The notes: generated from the sequence alone by a model not told the origin. Positions 10,580 through 20,904 are shown, numbered from the stretch's first letter. The stretch: DNA of 64,000 bases from an uncultured Desulfatitalea sp. (GCA_963668675.2 CAXXMB010000001.1:448001-512000), one strand, 5' to 3'. Made by a program: numbers and translations.

Positions 10580-11740
10580 ATGACTATGCCAAAACCTAAA
10601 TCATCGCCCCCAAAACCCAACGTCATGATCGTCATCGCCACCGATATCATCGGCGGTCCAGGCAAAGGGTTGTTTCAATTTCTGCGCTTTTCCGATCATC
10701 GCAGATTCGATTACTTGCTGTGTAATTACGACCGGGCCGGATGGACCGGTTACCGTAACGATTTTCTGGATATGGCGCGAGATCAGGGCATTCAAGTGCA
10801 TCGCTTTTATCAGCGCTTCACCATCGATCCGCTGCTGGTCCTGCAGGCTTACCGTACTATCAAGGCAAACGGCATTAACATCGTGCAGACCCACAGCTAC
10901 AAATCCAATATCCTCGGTTTTCTGCTCAAGCGGATGTTCGGTATCCCCTGGATCGCCTTTGCGCATGGATACACCGGAGAGAACAAGAAGGTCGCCCTTT
11001 ACAATCGCCTGGACCTTTGGTGCTATCAATATGCCGATCTGGCGGTGGTGGTGTCCGATCCGCTCAAACGGCTGCTGCAGTCAAAGGGGACCCATCCGCA
11101 ACGCATCATCAAGCTTCCCAATGCCGTAGACCGAAGAGAACTAACGCCCCAAACCGAACCGCAGGTGTTGAGAGAGAAATGGTCCATAGATGCTGAAAGA
11201 CCCGTCATCGCCGTCATCGGACGATTGAGCCCCGAAAAAGGCCAGATGGTTTTTCTGCAGGCTTTTCAGGAGGCCGGAAAGCGTATCGAGGGCCTCCAGG
11301 CATTGATTATCGGCGACGGACAGGAGCTGGAAAACCTGCAGCAGTTCTGCCGTGAAAACGGCATGGCTGAAGACGTCATCTTTACTGGCCATGTCACCAA
11401 TGTGGGCGACTATTACCGCTTGATCGATCTCCTGGTCATCCCGTCCTACAGTGAAGGCTTGCCCAACGTTTTACTCGAAGCCATGGCCTTAGGGGTTCCG
11501 GTGGTATCGACCAAAGTGGGCGCCGTAGGAGAAGTCCTGCAGGGCATGGAGGAAAACATGGTAACGCCGGGCGACCACTACGCCTTGGCCGAACGAATAT
11601 CAACGTTCTTGGCCGATCCGGACCTGAAGCAACGGAGCACAACCAAGGCTGGCAAAATCATCACCAGACGCTACAACCCAAAAATGCGAGCAGAAAGATT
11701 GGTTTCATTATATGACCGAATATTGAGACGACAGATCTAA
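10580..11740 (+). CDS. Glycosyltransferase family 4
   Basis: GRLSPEKG and PSYSEGLPNVLLEAMA motifs. Confidence 0.92.
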   Translation: MTMPKPKSSPPKPNVMIVIATDIIGGPGKGLFQFLRFSDHRRFDYLLCNYDRAGWTGYRNDFLDMARDQGIQVHRFYQRFTIDPLLVLQAYRTIKANGINIVQTHSYKSNILGFLLKRMFGIPWIAFAHGYTGENKKVALYNRLDLWCYQYADLAVVVSDPLKRLLQSKGTHPQRIIKLPNAVDRRELTPQTEPQVLREKWSIDAERPVIAVIGRLSPEKGQMVFLQAFQEAGKRIEGLQALIIGDGQELENLQQFCRENGMAEDVIFTGHVTNVGDYYRLIDLLVIPSYSEGLPNVLLEAMALGVPVVSTKVGAVGEVLQGMEENMVTPGDHYALAERISTFLADPDLKQRSTTKAGKIITRRYNPKMRAERLVSLYDRILRRQI

Positions 11741-11779
11741 AGCGGTTGTATCAGGCACAATCATCATTGTACGAAAAAG

Positions 11780-11970
11780 AGAAAATTTGAAATTCGGAAT
11801 TAGAATTTCTCATAAGCACTGGATCCCGGCCTTCGCCGGGACGACGAAAAAAAGGCCGGGATGACGAAAAAAAGGCCCGGAATGCCACGCAAGACCTGTT
11901 TCGAATTTATAATTTCGGATTTCGATATTCGGATTTCGTAATTACTTTGAGGTATTCTGATTTCGGATTT
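11780..11970 (+). repeat. Composite intergenic repeat
   Basis: Hairpin at 11819-11845. Internal tandem duplication GCCGGGA(C/T)GACGAAAAAAAG. Confidence 0.8.
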
Positions 11971-11976
11971 ATTTTA

Positions 11977-12230
11977 CCCGGTTCTCTATGGAGATTAAGT
12001 CGCGTCTGTTTTTATTGATCCTACGTTGACACAGCTAACGGCTCCCCCCTTTTTCAAAAGGGGGGCTGGGGGGATTTGATGGGGCCTCAACAGGCTGGAA
12101 TCCCCCTAAATCCCCCTTTGAAAAAGGGGGACTTTCCCATTGCACCGCAGCGATAGTATCAAAGAATCAAATGCGTTGCATGGCCAATTAAAACTACATT
12201 TCGGGCACTTAAGCTTTGTGGAGAACGGGG
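11977..12230 (+). mobile_element. MITE family A copy 3 (diverged)
   Basis: CCCGGTTCTCTATGG...CTTAAGCTTTGTGGAGAACGGG, colinear with copy 1. No TSD seen. Confidence 0.88.
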
Positions 12231-12237
12231 AAAGAGA

Positions 12238-12390
12238 AAAGCCGAAATTCGGAATTAGAACTTCTCAGAAGCACTGGATCCCGGCCTTCGCCGGGACGAC
12301 GGAAAAGGCCGGGATGCGGCGCAAGACCTGTTTCGTATTTTGAATTTCGGATTTCGGATTTCTTTTTAAGTCATTCGAATTTTAGATTTA
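12238..12390 (+). repeat. Composite intergenic repeat
   Basis: Direct near-duplicate of 11788-11940; hairpin at 12274-12300. Confidence 0.8.
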
Positions 12391-12452
12391 TACTTTTTAG
12401 TATCAAGTTTATCACAATAAATTCAAAAATATAGCATAAATAGGAGTTTTCA

Positions 12453-13607
12453 CTGAACAAGATAAAAGTACTTCACTTCCTTCCCCTTTTCGGTACCGGC
12501 GGTACGGAAAAGGTGGTCATGGATATCTACCAGGGCCTCGACCAGACGCGTTTCGAGTCCCATGTGTGCACCTTTTTCCCAGGCGAGTATGACCGCTATT
12601 TCGAAGAGAATCGCCATCTACGGCATCTCTTGGTCGATGACGGATCGCATCCTGCGCGAAACCTTGCGGGCAAGGGCATCAACATGGTCAACCGTCTCAG
12701 GCGCCTGCGGCGGGCGATGCGCCAGTCGGGTGCCGATGTGGTGCATACCCATCACCTGGGGCCTCTGCTGCATGTCTGGCTGGCGCAGACCCTGATGCGT
12801 GTGGGATTGCCGTGGGTGCATACTGAGCACAACGTGCCGGACCTGGAGCGCGGATATGCCCATCCGGCCTTTCAAAGCCTCAAGCCGCTGCGACGCCCGG
12901 AATACGTCACCGGCGTCTCCCCCAATGTGTGCGCGTATTTGGAGAACGAATGCGGTGTCCGTCCCGAGCGGATCCGGATGGTCGCAAACGGGGTAGATCT
13001 TGGACGCTTCCATCTGGATGTGGAACGCGACCAGATTCGGGGCGACCTGGGCCTTTCAGAAGATGACGAGGTGGTTGGCTGTATCGGCAACCTGCGTGAG
13101 GAGAAGAACCAGCGGCTGGCCATCGAAGCTGTGGCCCGTTTAAAAGGGCAGCGGCCGCGCTTGAAGCTCGTCATCTGCGGCGATGGCGACCGCCGGGGAG
13201 ACTTGGAAGCGTTGGCCGGCTCGCTGGGCGTTGCCGATCGAACCCTGTTTCTCGGATACCGTTTCGATATTCCCCAAATACTGGCGTCCCTGGACCTCTT
13301 TTGCCTGCCGTCTGTATACGAAGGCATGCCGGTATCCGTGCTGGAGGCTTGGGCTTCCGGAAAAGCGGTGGTGGCCACCGACGTGATTGGCATCCGCGAT
13401 CTGGTTGACCACAACCTCAATGGCCGGCTGGTCCCGCCCGACGATCCACAGGCCATGGCCGATGCCATCGGTCACCTGCTGGCAGACCCGTCCGAAATGC
13501 AGCGCATTGCCGACAACGGGGTGCGGCTGGTCAATGAAAGATACAGCCTCAACGCCATGGTGGGCCAATACGCAACCCTTTACGCAAACCTTATGATGAG
13601 GAAGTAA
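12453..13607 (+). CDS. Glycosyltransferase family 4, probable CTG start
   Basis: GNLREEK and PSVYEGMPVSVLEA motifs. The conserved N-terminus KIKVLH...GGTEK lies upstream of the tracked GTG. AGGAG is 6 nt before CTG 12453. Confidence 0.88.
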   Translation: MNKIKVLHFLPLFGTGGTEKVVMDIYQGLDQTRFESHVCTFFPGEYDRYFEENRHLRHLLVDDGSHPARNLAGKGINMVNRLRRLRRAMRQSGADVVHTHHLGPLLHVWLAQTLMRVGLPWVHTEHNVPDLERGYAHPAFQSLKPLRRPEYVTGVSPNVCAYLENECGVRPERIRMVANGVDLGRFHLDVERDQIRGDLGLSEDDEVVGCIGNLREEKNQRLAIEAVARLKGQRPRLKLVICGDGDRRGDLEALAGSLGVADRTLFLGYRFDIPQILASLDLFCLPSVYEGMPVSVLEAWASGKAVVATDVIGIRDLVDHNLNGRLVPPDDPQAMADAIGHLLADPSEMQRIADNGVRLVNERYSLNAMVGQYATLYANLMMRK

Positions 13608-13608
13608 T

Positions 13609-15492
13609 ATGTGCGGCATATTTGGCATGGTGCGTTTCAACGATGCGGTCGATCGAAAGCAGGTCGAACGGCTCACCGGCGCTCTGAAACATCGCGGTCC
13701 GGATGCCGAGGGCTTCTATTTCTCTCCGTCCGAGAGCCGGGTCTCTGTCGGCCTGGGCCATCGTCGGTTAAGTATCATCGATCTTTCACCCAACGGGCAC
13801 CAGCCAATGAGCAATGAAGACGGAACAGTCTGGATCGTTTTCAACGGAGAGGTGTACAATTTTCACGAGCATCGCAGAACGTTGCTGGAGAAGGGGCACC
13901 AATTCCGCTCGGAGACCGATACGGAGACCATCATTCATCTGTACGAGGAGCATGGCCCCGCCTGCCTGAAGATGCTCAGAGGCATGTTCGCCCTCGCCAT
14001 CTGGGATGCCCACAGACAGCGCCTGTTCGCGGCCCGCGACCGTCTCGGCAAAAAGCCGTTCTACTACGCCAAAACCGACAAAGGGTTTTATTTCTCCTCC
14101 GAGATCAATCCCCTTTACGAAATCGAGGAGATTGCGCATCAGATCGACAGCGAAGCGCTAGACCTCTATATGTCCTACGGCTACATTCCCAGCCCCCATA
14201 CGATATATACCAAAATCCGCAAACTACCGCCGGCCCATCACCTGACCGTAGATAACCGGAAAATCTCGATAGAACGCTACTGGGAGCTGAGTTACGCACC
14301 CAAGCTCGACGTCTCCTATGAGGAAGCCCGGCACCTGTTGACCGAAAAGATCCGCGAAGCTACCCGGATCAGACTCTTCAGCGATGTGCCGTTGGGATGT
14401 TTTTTAAGCGGAGGCGTGGACTCGAGCGTTGTGCTGGCCCACATGGCCTCGCTTGTCTCCAAGCCGGTGCGCACCTTCTCAATCGGCTTCCCGGACAAAT
14501 CCTTCGACGAAACCCCCTATGCGCGACAGGCCGCCGCCCACTACCGCACCGACCACGAAGAGTTCGTGGTGCAGCCGGCCAACGTCGCCGAGACCATTGC
14601 GCAACTGGTCGAACACTTCGGAGAACCGTTCGGCGACGCCTCGGCCCTGCCGACCTGGTACCTGTCCGAGATGACCCGCAGACATGTCACCGTGGCCCTC
14701 AACGGAGACGGCGGCGACGAGCTCTTCGCCGGCTACAACTGGTACGCAACCGGCACCGGTCTGCACCAGCTCGCCAGGATGGTTCCCGGCAAGCTGGCTG
14801 CCTGGATGACGCCCCATGCGGCCAAATTCAAAGGCCATCCCGGGGTCGGCCGCAAACTCTACCGTCTGATGGAGCTGCTCGCCAAGGATGACCCCGCGCG
14901 CTTTGCCGATCTGCGCCTGCAGCTGGCCAACGGGTACAAGCGCCTGCTATATACGCCCGCGTTTCAAAGCAGGTTGAATCGTAATGCCGACGCCTATCTA
15001 ACCCAGCTGTACACATCGCACCGCTTCGAAGACGAACTGGACCGAATGCTCTACGTTGACGTCTCGAGCTACCTGCCTGAAGAGCTGCTTGTGAAAGTGG
15101 ACCGTGCAACCATGGCCCACTCATTGGAGGGTCGCTCGCCGCTCCTAGACCACGAGCTGGCCGAACTGGCCGCCCGGCTGCCCTCGACCTTCAAGTACCG
15201 CCGGGGCCGCAAGAAGCGCATCCTGCGCGATCTGGCCGCCGATTTGTATCCGACCCGCTTCTTCGAAAGGCCCAAAAGCGGTTTCTCTGTCCCGCTGAAA
15301 GAGTGGTTCAGCGGCGATCTGGCCTTATACGTACAAAAGAGCCTGACCGCCGGACCGATGAACACCGCCGGCCTGTTCAACCCTCAGGGCATAGAGCAGA
15401 TCCTGCAGGAAAATCGAAACGGCGTCCGCGATCACGGCGATTTGATCTGGCGGTTGCTTATGCTATCGGAGTGGTTTAAGCGGTATGGCTAA
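13609..15492 (+). CDS. asnB: Second asparagine synthase-like amidotransferase
   Basis: MCGI, HRGPD, LSGGVDSS, GDGGDELF and LEGRSP motifs. Confidence 0.92.
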   Translation: MCGIFGMVRFNDAVDRKQVERLTGALKHRGPDAEGFYFSPSESRVSVGLGHRRLSIIDLSPNGHQPMSNEDGTVWIVFNGEVYNFHEHRRTLLEKGHQFRSETDTETIIHLYEEHGPACLKMLRGMFALAIWDAHRQRLFAARDRLGKKPFYYAKTDKGFYFSSEINPLYEIEEIAHQIDSEALDLYMSYGYIPSPHTIYTKIRKLPPAHHLTVDNRKISIERYWELSYAPKLDVSYEEARHLLTEKIREATRIRLFSDVPLGCFLSGGVDSSVVLAHMASLVSKPVRTFSIGFPDKSFDETPYARQAAAHYRTDHEEFVVQPANVAETIAQLVEHFGEPFGDASALPTWYLSEMTRRHVTVALNGDGGDELFAGYNWYATGTGLHQLARMVPGKLAAWMTPHAAKFKGHPGVGRKLYRLMELLAKDDPARFADLRLQLANGYKRLLYTPAFQSRLNRNADAYLTQLYTSHRFEDELDRMLYVDVSSYLPEELLVKVDRATMAHSLEGRSPLLDHELAELAARLPSTFKYRRGRKKRILRDLAADLYPTRFFERPKSGFSVPLKEWFSGDLALYVQKSLTAGPMNTAGLFNPQGIEQILQENRNGVRDHGDLIWRLLMLSEWFKRYG

Positions 15493-15540
15493 ATGACCGT
15501 AGCCTCGGTTATCGAACCGGAGATGAGTAGACCAGCACTT

Positions 15541-15655
15541 GTCATACCGGACCTGATCCGGCATCCAGATGTTGCGGGAACAAAACTTCGACTATACTCC
15601 AGCTCTTGCCGGGATGCCGCGCAAGACAGGTTTAGAATTTAGAATTTCGGATTTT
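15541..15655 (+). repeat. Palindromic repeat plus composite-repeat tail
   Basis: GTCATACCGGACCTGATCCGGCATCCAG; related to 20615-20690. Confidence 0.7.
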
Positions 15656-15673
15656 CTTTCACCTATCTCTCCA

Positions 15674-16297
15674 TCAACACCGTACCTTAAGATTAAAGGG
15701 CCCTATCGCAGTAATGGTCCTGAACTGCTTGAAGCCGGCCCGCAGCATCGGTTTGATCGACGCAATGTTCGTCTTGTGGATCACCACCACGGCCTTGCGA
15801 TATCCAGCCTGACGAAGATAGTGGCAGGCATAGCGGGCGATCTTCTCGGAGAGTGCCCGGCCGCGGAACCTGGGTAGGGTCGTAACATAGTAAAGCTCGG
15901 CCGTGTCCGGTTTCAACTTGAAGAAGCGGCTGTACTCGCCCGGCAAGCTGATCCAATAGATCAGGGCGATCTCATCTTCATGATAGAGCAGAAAGCACAA
16001 ATGCAGGTTTAAAATATCAGCGTAGTAGCACTCGCGCGGCATCTGGTGATCGGTGCAGATCCGGCGCAACTCATCCGCATCGGTCTTGACTTCGATGCGA
16101 AAAGGCGTCTCGAACTCGAATGGGGGTGCATCGGCAATCCGATCGTATTCAAAGGCCAGAAACTTGTTGATCCGAAACAGCGAGAAGTAAAGATAGCGCA
16201 GAACGGCAAAATTCTGGTCGGAATAGTGATAGCTCGCATTTTCGCGAATATTCTCAATCACCGATTTGATTTTTCGAAGCGTTTTTCCGATGGCCAT
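15674..16297 (-). CDS. GNAT family N-acetyltransferase
   Basis: C-terminal TLPRFRGRAL acetyl-CoA motif and N..SI.....AGF. Confidence 0.75.
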   Translation of the reverse strand: MAIGKTLRKIKSVIENIRENASYHYSDQNFAVLRYLYFSLFRINKFLAFEYDRIADAPPFEFETPFRIEVKTDADELRRICTDHQMPRECYYADILNLHLCFLLYHEDEIALIYWISLPGEYSRFFKLKPDTAELYYVTTLPRFRGRALSEKIARYACHYLRQAGYRKAVVVIHKTNIASIKPMLRAGFKQFRTITAIGPFNLKVRC

Positions 16298-16474
16298 GTT
16301 GCCCTCGCGAAAATGAGCGTTATTGTTGAAGCATTCGTTTTTCCCTCCTGAAGCGGAGAAATGATCTATTCGAACCGTTGGGCCGAACCGTTGGGCCGAA
16401 CCGTCAGGTCCGTTGCATCATTGTAGCAATGAATGGCGACAAAGCAAGGTTGGGGTGAAAGGTACCTTAAGGCC

Positions 16475-17671
16475 ATGACAAATCCAATTAAAGAGAAAGC
16501 AAAATCCATATACAACCATTGGCGCCTGCCGCCCATGGCCAAAGAAGAGGTCAAACGAGACCGCAAAGGAGTGCCAGGCGAAGACCCCGGCATCGAAAGC
16601 GTTGTTTCCGAAGCCATTGGTTGGCTCGGCCGTGCGCAGGACAACAACCGCCTGGGCGACGGCGGTGTCGCCAGGGACTATAGTTTGCTCAACGGCTGGA
16701 ACGCCTCCTATCCGGAGACCACCGGATATATCGTACCCACCATGATCGCCTGTGCCAAAGCCTTCGAAGATGAAACGCTGCTCGTAAGGGCCCGGCGCAT
16801 GCTCGACTGGCTGGTGGAGATTCAGTTGCCCGATGGCGGATTCCAGGGTGGGCTTATCGATTCCACGCCGGTGGTGCCGGTCACCTTCAACACCGGCCAG
16901 ATCCTCATCGGCCTGGCAGCCGGTGCGGCCGAGTTCGGCGACGTCTACCGATCAGCCATGGAGCGCGCTGCCGATTCGCTGGTCAAGACCCAGGATCCCG
17001 ACGGATGCTGGCGCAGCCAACCCACACCGTTTGCCAAGCCGGGCGAAAAAGCCTACGAAACTCACGTGGCCTGGGGCCTGATCGAAGCGCAACGCGTATC
17101 GACCGGCAAAGGCTATGCCCTTGCAGCCCTGGCCAACATGCGTTGGGCACTGACCCACCAGAAGCCCAACGGATGGTTCGACAAGTGCTGTCTGGTGGAC
17201 CCCACCCAACCGCTCACCCATACCCTGGGTTATGTCCTGCGCGGGCTGGTGGAGGGTTATCTTTTCAGCCAGGAGCAATTTTTACTGGACGCATCCTTAA
17301 AGACTGCCGACGGCCTGCTCCAGGCCATCCGGTTGCAGGACGGTTATCTGCCCGGCCGGCTCACCCGGGACTGGCAGGCGGCCGTGCCATGGAGCTGCCT
17401 GACCGGCGCTGTCCAGATTGCCCACTGCTGGCTGCTGCTCTACAACATCACCGGCAATCGGCAATACCGCGAAGCAGCCTATGCCGCCAATCGATACGTC
17501 CGCCGCACTGTGCGTGTGGACGGACCGGAAGAGACTCGCGGCGCTGTCAAGGGCTCTTTTCCAGTGGACGGCGCTTATGGCCGATTCGAATACCTGAACT
17601 GGGCCTGCAAATTTTTCATCGACGCCAACATGCTGGAAAAGGAAGTCCGCTCTCAATCACCTCACCAATAG
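16475..17671 (+). CDS. Prenyltransferase / squalene-oxidase-repeat (alpha/alpha barrel) protein, function unknown
   Basis: Repeated WL...Q..DG(G/W) units and SYPETTGYI motif. Start set at ATG 16475 (the ORF is open from 16433). Confidence 0.7.
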   Translation: MTNPIKEKAKSIYNHWRLPPMAKEEVKRDRKGVPGEDPGIESVVSEAIGWLGRAQDNNRLGDGGVARDYSLLNGWNASYPETTGYIVPTMIACAKAFEDETLLVRARRMLDWLVEIQLPDGGFQGGLIDSTPVVPVTFNTGQILIGLAAGAAEFGDVYRSAMERAADSLVKTQDPDGCWRSQPTPFAKPGEKAYETHVAWGLIEAQRVSTGKGYALAALANMRWALTHQKPNGWFDKCCLVDPTQPLTHTLGYVLRGLVEGYLFSQEQFLLDASLKTADGLLQAIRLQDGYLPGRLTRDWQAAVPWSCLTGAVQIAHCWLLLYNITGNRQYREAAYAANRYVRRTVRVDGPEETRGAVKGSFPVDGAYGRFEYLNWACKFFIDANMLEKEVRSQSPHQ

Positions 17672-17790
17672 CCCATCTTTCTGAAGGTCATCTCAGCCTT
17701 CAATTACGCCCGCCTATTCATCCAATCAACGATATTCAACCCCGACAAATATTGACCTATTCTATCTCTGCGCTAGTTTATTAAAATAAA

Positions 17791-18047
17791 TCCGGTTCTC
17801 CACGCAGCTTAAGCACCCGGAATGTAGTTGTGATGGGCCTGTGCAAAGCATTTGATTTTTTGATGGAATCATGACGATGCAATGGGAAGGTCCCCCTTTT
17901 TCAAAGGGGGATTCAGGGGGATTTCAGTATGTTGAGAACCAATCAAATCCCCCCACGACCCCCCTTTGAAAAAGGGGGGCGCCGGTAACTCTATCAAGGT
18001 ATGATAGAGAAAAGCAGTCGCGACTTCATCTCCCATAGAAAACCTGG
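17791..18047 (-). mobile_element. MITE family A copy 4
   Basis: TCCGGTTCTCCACGCAGCTTAAG...CATAGAAAACCTGG, colinear with copy 2. Confidence 0.88.
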
Positions 18048-18078
18048 AAATCTCCCAACCACCACGAAAGGAAGCGCC

Positions 18079-18822
18079 ATGGGTTTGATCGACCAATTTC
18101 TTCTCGACATCCGGACCCAGAAAACCCCTTTTCACAGCCGCCTCTACCACACGGCCAAACGGCTGAGAAGCGCACGCCTTCCGTTCCCCGGATTTTTCGG
18201 CGCGCTTTTTTATCACACCATGAGCATCGGTCTATCCCTGTGGCGGCGCATCAAGCAGATGGTTTTCTTCGATCCCATGCTGCGCTACCGCTGCAAACAG
18301 GTTGGCAAAGGGGTCTATTTCGAAAGCACTTTCCCGCTGATCATGGGGTATGGCGACATTTACATCGGCGATCGCGTCGGTCTCTCGGGCAACGTCAACC
18401 TTGTCGTCTCTTACAAGGCCAACCCCAATCCCACTATCGCCATTGGCGATGATGTCTATCTGGGCTTCGAGTCCACCCTGTCCTGCGCTGATCGGATCAC
18501 CATCGGCAACCATGTGATGATCGCCCATTTCGCATCGATCTACGACAACAACAACCACCCCATCGATCCCCGGGCCAGAGCGGCCAATGAACCGATCGGA
18601 AAAGAGGATATCGCGCCGGTGGTCATCGAAGACAATGCATGGGTCGGCGCCCATGCAATCGTTCTCAAGGGCGTAACGATAGGAAAGGGATCGGTAGTGG
18701 CCATGGGCGCTGTTGTCACAAAGGATGTACCGCCCATGACCGTTGTGGCCGGCAACCCCGCACGGGTCGTCAAACAGATCGACCCTGCCGATGGCGACAG
18801 CCCCGATCAGACAAAGGCATGA
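18079..18822 (+). CDS. Hexapeptide-repeat (LbH) acyltransferase
   Basis: PVVIEDNAWVG...GVTIG...VAGNPARV. The tracked start at 18001 lies inside the MITE, so ATG 18079 is preferred. Confidence 0.88.
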   Translation: MGLIDQFLLDIRTQKTPFHSRLYHTAKRLRSARLPFPGFFGALFYHTMSIGLSLWRRIKQMVFFDPMLRYRCKQVGKGVYFESTFPLIMGYGDIYIGDRVGLSGNVNLVVSYKANPNPTIAIGDDVYLGFESTLSCADRITIGNHVMIAHFASIYDNNNHPIDPRARAANEPIGKEDIAPVVIEDNAWVGAHAIVLKGVTIGKGSVVAMGAVVTKDVPPMTVVAGNPARVVKQIDPADGDSPDQTKA

Positions 18823-18938
18823 AGTGAAACAAATAGTTCATAAAGTGGCATCCAATTACATAAGCGACCATTTACAAGGAAATCATTTTACAAATCCTAA
18901 CCATTTGGAAACAATACACTAAATAAGTAACATCCATT

Positions 18939-18954
18939 GGGTACGACTTTTGCA
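18939..18954 (+). promoter_or_regulatory. Sigma54 -24/-12 promoter
   Basis: GGGTACGACTTTTGCA (GG-N10-GC) upstream of the PEP-CTERM gene. Confidence 0.65.
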
Positions 18955-19131
18955 TAAGACCATATAAACGTTGTGCGAGAGCTCGTGATCGTTCCATGAT
19001 CAAACAAATGACGGGACAGATACTCCTCACTATCGATCACACGACTTGATCACTTGTTGAAGCACTCACCAAGCCGATCGAGAGCATAGAACAGGGAATT
19101 GGCTTTCAGCAGACAGGGAAGTGAGGTGCAC

Positions 19132-19833
19132 ATGAAAAGATATTTCATACTATATATATTCGTTGTCCTTGTAGCATCCGAAGCATTTGGAACCCTTTGG
19201 ACCTACTCGGGCCAGGGAAGTATAGTGGACATCAATGGCGACTCCCATGATCTCATCGCCAGCATGGTGGTCTCCGATCTCCCACGGTACTATTCGAAAT
19301 ACGATCCCTTGGCAGGCATCCAGGGCAGTGTGGTGCCATTGGGAAGTGAACAGAATGCCCAAATCTACTATCAGGTAGCCGGTTTTCAACTGGGTATCGG
19401 AACAAACCATTCCTTCTCCGGAAGTGGCCACATCTTCGGGTGGATCGATCCGTTCATCGCGGGTGGCGGGTATGTGTTCACAGAGGAGTGGCAGTTGAGC
19501 GCTGACACAGGAGGTGGCTCCCAGGGCATTTTCATGGACGCAACGTTCCCCCATTTTGACAGCGACGCAATGACGCCTTGGCAGTTTCGATCCGAGACAT
19601 CCGCCCATTATGGACAGATCGGTCCGGTGATCGATATGGGCCCTGCGATCTGGTTCGGGGAAGCGGGGGTGTTGGGCAGCCTGTTCAGTTCATTCAACCC
19701 CATTGATCTGGACATCATACGAGATTCCAACGGGGTCCCGGAAGCGCCGGTGCCGGAACCAGCGACCATCCTCTTGCTGGGTGCCGGACTGATTGGCGTA
19801 GCCGGCTGGTATCGAAGAAAAAGCTTAGCCTGA
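19132..19833 (+). CDS. PEP-CTERM sorting domain protein
   Basis: Signal peptide; C-terminus PVPEPATILLLGAGLIGVAGWYRRK; GAGGTG RBS before ATG 19132. Confidence 0.92.
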   Translation: MKRYFILYIFVVLVASEAFGTLWTYSGQGSIVDINGDSHDLIASMVVSDLPRYYSKYDPLAGIQGSVVPLGSEQNAQIYYQVAGFQLGIGTNHSFSGSGHIFGWIDPFIAGGGYVFTEEWQLSADTGGGSQGIFMDATFPHFDSDAMTPWQFRSETSAHYGQIGPVIDMGPAIWFGEAGVLGSLFSSFNPIDLDIIRDSNGVPEAPVPEPATILLLGAGLIGVAGWYRRKSLA

Positions 19834-19933
19834 AGGAATTCGTAGGGGCGGGCTTTACGCCCGCCCGGGACAACAGGAAAGCACACGCACACATGACCTC
19901 GAACTGATAACTGCAGAGACAGCGAAAACGACC

Positions 19934-20581
19934 ATGATCGGATCACTAAAACGCATAATTCGAAACACCGGGCCCTATCAATTCATCTCCTGGCTTCATG
20001 GCAAATACGTTGAAGACAAAGAGAAGAGGCTGCGCCAATCGGATTTCAAGGAGTTCGGTAAAGATGTGATCATCGGCCGCAACGTGTTCATCAACCGGCC
20101 CGATCGGGTTGTGCTCAAAGATCGCTGCGCCATACAGTCCGGCACAATGATCAACTCCTACGGCGGTCTTTACGTCGGGGAGAACACCGGAATCGGATAC
20201 AACTGCGTGATATTCACGGCCCTGCACCGATATCGCAACGCCAACAGCATTCCGTTCGATAACTACTGCGAACTCAAACCGGTCATAATACGGGAGTTTG
20301 TCTGGATCGGGGCCAATGTCAAAATCCTGCCTGGTATAGAAATAGGGGAGGGCGCCATTATCGGCATGGGCTCCGTCTTGACCAAAAATGTCCCGCCGCT
20401 GGCCATCGTCTTAGGCAACCCGGCGGAGATCATCGGCTATCGGAGCAAAGAGCATTATTATAAGTGCAAGGAGCAAGAGGCATTTGAAAAGATATCTGTA
20501 AGGCACGCGGCCGTGGACAAAATCCCCCGTATGATACAGGCCCGCTATGCCAAAGAACTAAAGGAGATGGGGTTGATATAA
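19934..20581 (+). CDS. Hexapeptide-repeat acyltransferase
   Basis: PVIIREFVWIG, GIEIGEGAIIG and LGNPA motifs. Confidence 0.85.
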   Translation: MIGSLKRIIRNTGPYQFISWLHGKYVEDKEKRLRQSDFKEFGKDVIIGRNVFINRPDRVVLKDRCAIQSGTMINSYGGLYVGENTGIGYNCVIFTALHRYRNANSIPFDNYCELKPVIIREFVWIGANVKILPGIEIGEGAIIGMGSVLTKNVPPLAIVLGNPAEIIGYRSKEHYYKCKEQEAFEKISVRHAAVDKIPRMIQARYAKELKEMGLI

Positions 20582-20714
20582 AATCCCAAAACGCCCCGCC
20601 GGCCGACTTATCCCGTCATGCCGGACTCGATTCGGCATCCAGACGTTGCGGGAAAAAAGCCGCGACTAAATCCCGACTTCCGCCGGAGCGACAAACAATG
20701 GAAAGTTCTTAATT

Positions 20715-20851
20715 TTGATGAACTCGTTAAAAGTCCCAAAAGCACTTTTCCCGTCATCCCGGCGAAGGCCGAGATCCAGTCCTTTCAATGATTTCTGGAT
20801 GCCGGATCAAGTCCGGCATGACGGCCGGCCGGCTTTTTACGATTTCATCAA
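20715..20851. mobile_element. MITE family B
   Basis: TIR TTGATGAACTCGTTAAAAGTC / GGCTTTTTACGATTTCATCAA enclosing paired GTCATCCCGG...GGCATGAC palindromes. Confidence 0.72.
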
Positions 20852-20904
20852 TTGTAATAATTCGAATTTATTCACTATCACCTCAATACATAAGCGAGGT
20901 CATC

